Source: an uncultured Bacillales bacterium (GTDB lineage Bacteria; Bacillota_I; Bacilli_A; RFN20; CAG-288). From it: DNA of 64,000 nt. The stretch is from NCBI GenBank assembly GCA_937874465.1, contig CALNAX010000016.1, positions 93,177 to 157,176 of the forward strand. The letters are read 5' to 3'. Shown one piece after another: positions 62,786 to 64,000 of this stretch (the first letter of the stretch is position 1; every line of letters begins with the position of its first letter). The position numbers and the translations under genes are program-made. Under the pieces are notes generated by a model. That model had not been told where the DNA came from. It made no database searches and was given only the letters and a program-made list of their open reading frames with translations.

Positions 62786-63999
62786 TTGCCGGCCTCCTTC
62801 GCTTTCTCCTTGCCTTCGAATCTCCTCTTGAGCCATGACAACATGGGGTTTTGAGCCTTTATGGGCTTGAACTTGTCAAGCCTGTAGGCCAAAAACTTAA
62901 CCGACATGTTAATTATGAATACTATCATGAGTATCAGTATCGAAGTTGCCGCGGCGGCCTTGTAATTGGGAGCCTCGCCCGACATTATCCGCCAGATGTA
63001 GACGGCCAATGAGGCCGCCGAGGTGGTGGGCGTGACCTCGTCTTGGATGACCACGCCCGTGGCGAAGACCAGGGCGGCGGATTCGCCGATGATCCTCCCG
63101 ATGGCCAAAAGGGTGCCCGTCAGGATGCCTGGGACCGAACTTGGAAGTATGACCTTGAACACGGTCTGGGTTTGGGAGGCCCCCAAAGCCAAGGAGGCGT
63201 CCTTAAGGGTATGGGGGATGTTCTTTATGGCTTCCTCGGTGTTTTTCATTATGGTCGGAAGCACCATGCAGGCCAGAGTCGCCGAACCGGAAAGGATGTT
63301 GCCGATACTCCCCCCGCCCGAGAAAAGCGGGATGAAGATGATGGCACCGGCCAGGCCGAATATTATCGAGGGGACGCCCGATATCATGTCGACCATCGAC
63401 TTGAGGATTGAATTGATGGCGTTCCTCTTGGCGTACACCGAGAAATAGATGGCACCCCCTATTCCCAAGGGCAGGGAGAAGAGCAGGGCGAAGAAGATGA
63501 AGTAGAGTGTGGCCACCACCGGCCCCCTGATGCCATAGCCGCCTGTCGAGAGGTAGCCGGAAGTGATGTAGGCCATCTTGTCGAAATTGGCGGCCGAGGC
63601 CTGGGCGTGGTCGGCGGTTGCCAAGATCCAGACCGCATTGCCCTCATCGTCTTTGCCGATCAAGGTCGTGATCGAAGAACCCAATGCGACCGATACGTAT
63701 TCCCCGCTGGACTTGTTCTTCAGTGTCTCCAGAGGGGATCCGCTAGCGATATAGGATATTTCCATGTCGTAAGTCCCATCGGAATTTGTCGTGTCGATGA
63801 GGGCTACGCCCCAGCGGGAGGAAAAGTATTCGTCGTCGCTGGTGGTGTCGTAGGTGAAAAGGGCTTGGGGATCCGAGGCATCGGCAGGGTCCATGTAGAT
63901 GGCCGTGGTCTCTGCTTCGTAATTGCCGGTGATGAAGTCCCAGCTGAGAGTCGAGGAGCCTTCCTCGAAGCAATAGGCAAAGATGCCGACCAGGATCAC
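62782..63999 (-). CDS. pstA: phosphate ABC transporter permease PstA (long form with a ~170-aa extracytoplasmic loop after TM1); the 5' end may continue beyond the window
   Basis: C-terminal core TMs carry the EAA-like ABC permease motif ([17 protein letters not shown]). The first Met is 2 nt from the window edge. Confidence 0.7.
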   Translation of the reverse strand: MILVGIFAYCFEEGSSTLSWDFITGNYEAETTAIYMDPADASDPQALFTYDTTSDDEYFSSRWGVALIDTTNSDGTYDMEISYIASGSPLETLKNKSSGEYVSVALGSSITTLIGKDDEGNAVWILATADHAQASAANFDKMAYITSGYLSTGGYGIRGPVVATLYFIFFALLFSLPLGIGGAIYFSVYAKRNAINSILKSMVDMISGVPSIIFGLAGAIIFIPLFSGGGSIGNILSGSATLACMVLPTIMKNTEEAIKNIPHTLKDASLALGASQTQTVFKVILPSSVPGILTGTLLAIGRIIGESAALVFATGVVIQDEVTPTTSAASLAVYIWRIMSGEAPNYKAAAATSILILMIVFIINMSVKFLAYRLDKFKPIKAQNPMLSWLKRRFEGKEKAKEAGK

Positions 64000-64000
64000 T

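Noticed and set aside
1-64000. Searched for tRNA and rRNA genes, CRISPR repeats, IS elements, integrases and phage genes
   Set aside because: Every intergenic space except 20869..21199 is 160 bp or shorter, and that one has no tRNA-like structure. I saw no direct-repeat arrays and no transposase, integrase or phage-like ORFs. The window appears to be core chromosome.

Overview
This 64-kb window reads as a densely packed housekeeping segment of a moderately high-GC bacterial chromosome (roughly high-50s % GC by eye, not computed). Standard code is used (TGA is stop), and I call about 54 protein-coding genes with very short spacers. Gene order is Bacillota (Firmicutes)-like: hrcA-grpE-dnaK-dnaJ with a CIRCE operator, comEA-comEC-(coaX…)-holA next to a divergent rpsT, and polA followed by mutM and coaE. 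Main content, left to right: two oxidoreductases; a minus-strand dnaE-polA-(fpg fused to coaE) operon; a plus-strand run of trmH-like methylase, two tandem mgtE paralogs, a minimal sigma-70-family factor, two GT2 glycosyltransferases and a YjeF-C protein; a minus-strand M32 carboxypeptidase / pepF / CPYC thioredoxin-fold lipoprotein cluster; a BMP-type nucleoside ABC importer whose ATPase and first permease are fused into one 1033-aa ORF; two uridine-kinase-family P-loop kinases (one fused to a CYTH domain, one with a ThrRS-like N-terminus) flanking a CIRCE-controlled hsp20 and a large Listeria-Bacteroides-repeat lipoprotein; greA; comEA/comEC; coaX; a PepV-like dipeptidase; trmB; NAPRTase; the hrcA-grpE-dnaK-dnaJ operon; two tandem GH13 alpha-glucosidase paralogs; a UDG-superfamily glycosylase; a CNNM/TlyC protein with an HTH-containing membrane protein; fmt, ppiB, holA, rpsT; an ABC-2 exporter; deoC; RNase J; ybaK; and a phoR/phoP/phoU/pstB/pstA cluster that runs off the right edge. 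I found no tRNA, rRNA, CRISPR, transposase, integrase or phage genes. The window looks like core genome, not an accessory island. The most unusual things I can support from sequence are: several gene fusions (Fpg-CoaE, NupA-NupB, kinase-CYTH); convergent genes whose 3' ends overlap with no terminator; a second CIRCE operator shared by hsp20 and a surface lipoprotein; a compact sigma factor at the head of a glycosyltransferase cluster; and a few conserved-looking palindromes in divergent promoter regions. All protein calls rest on motif-level recognition of the supplied translations. No database search was run.
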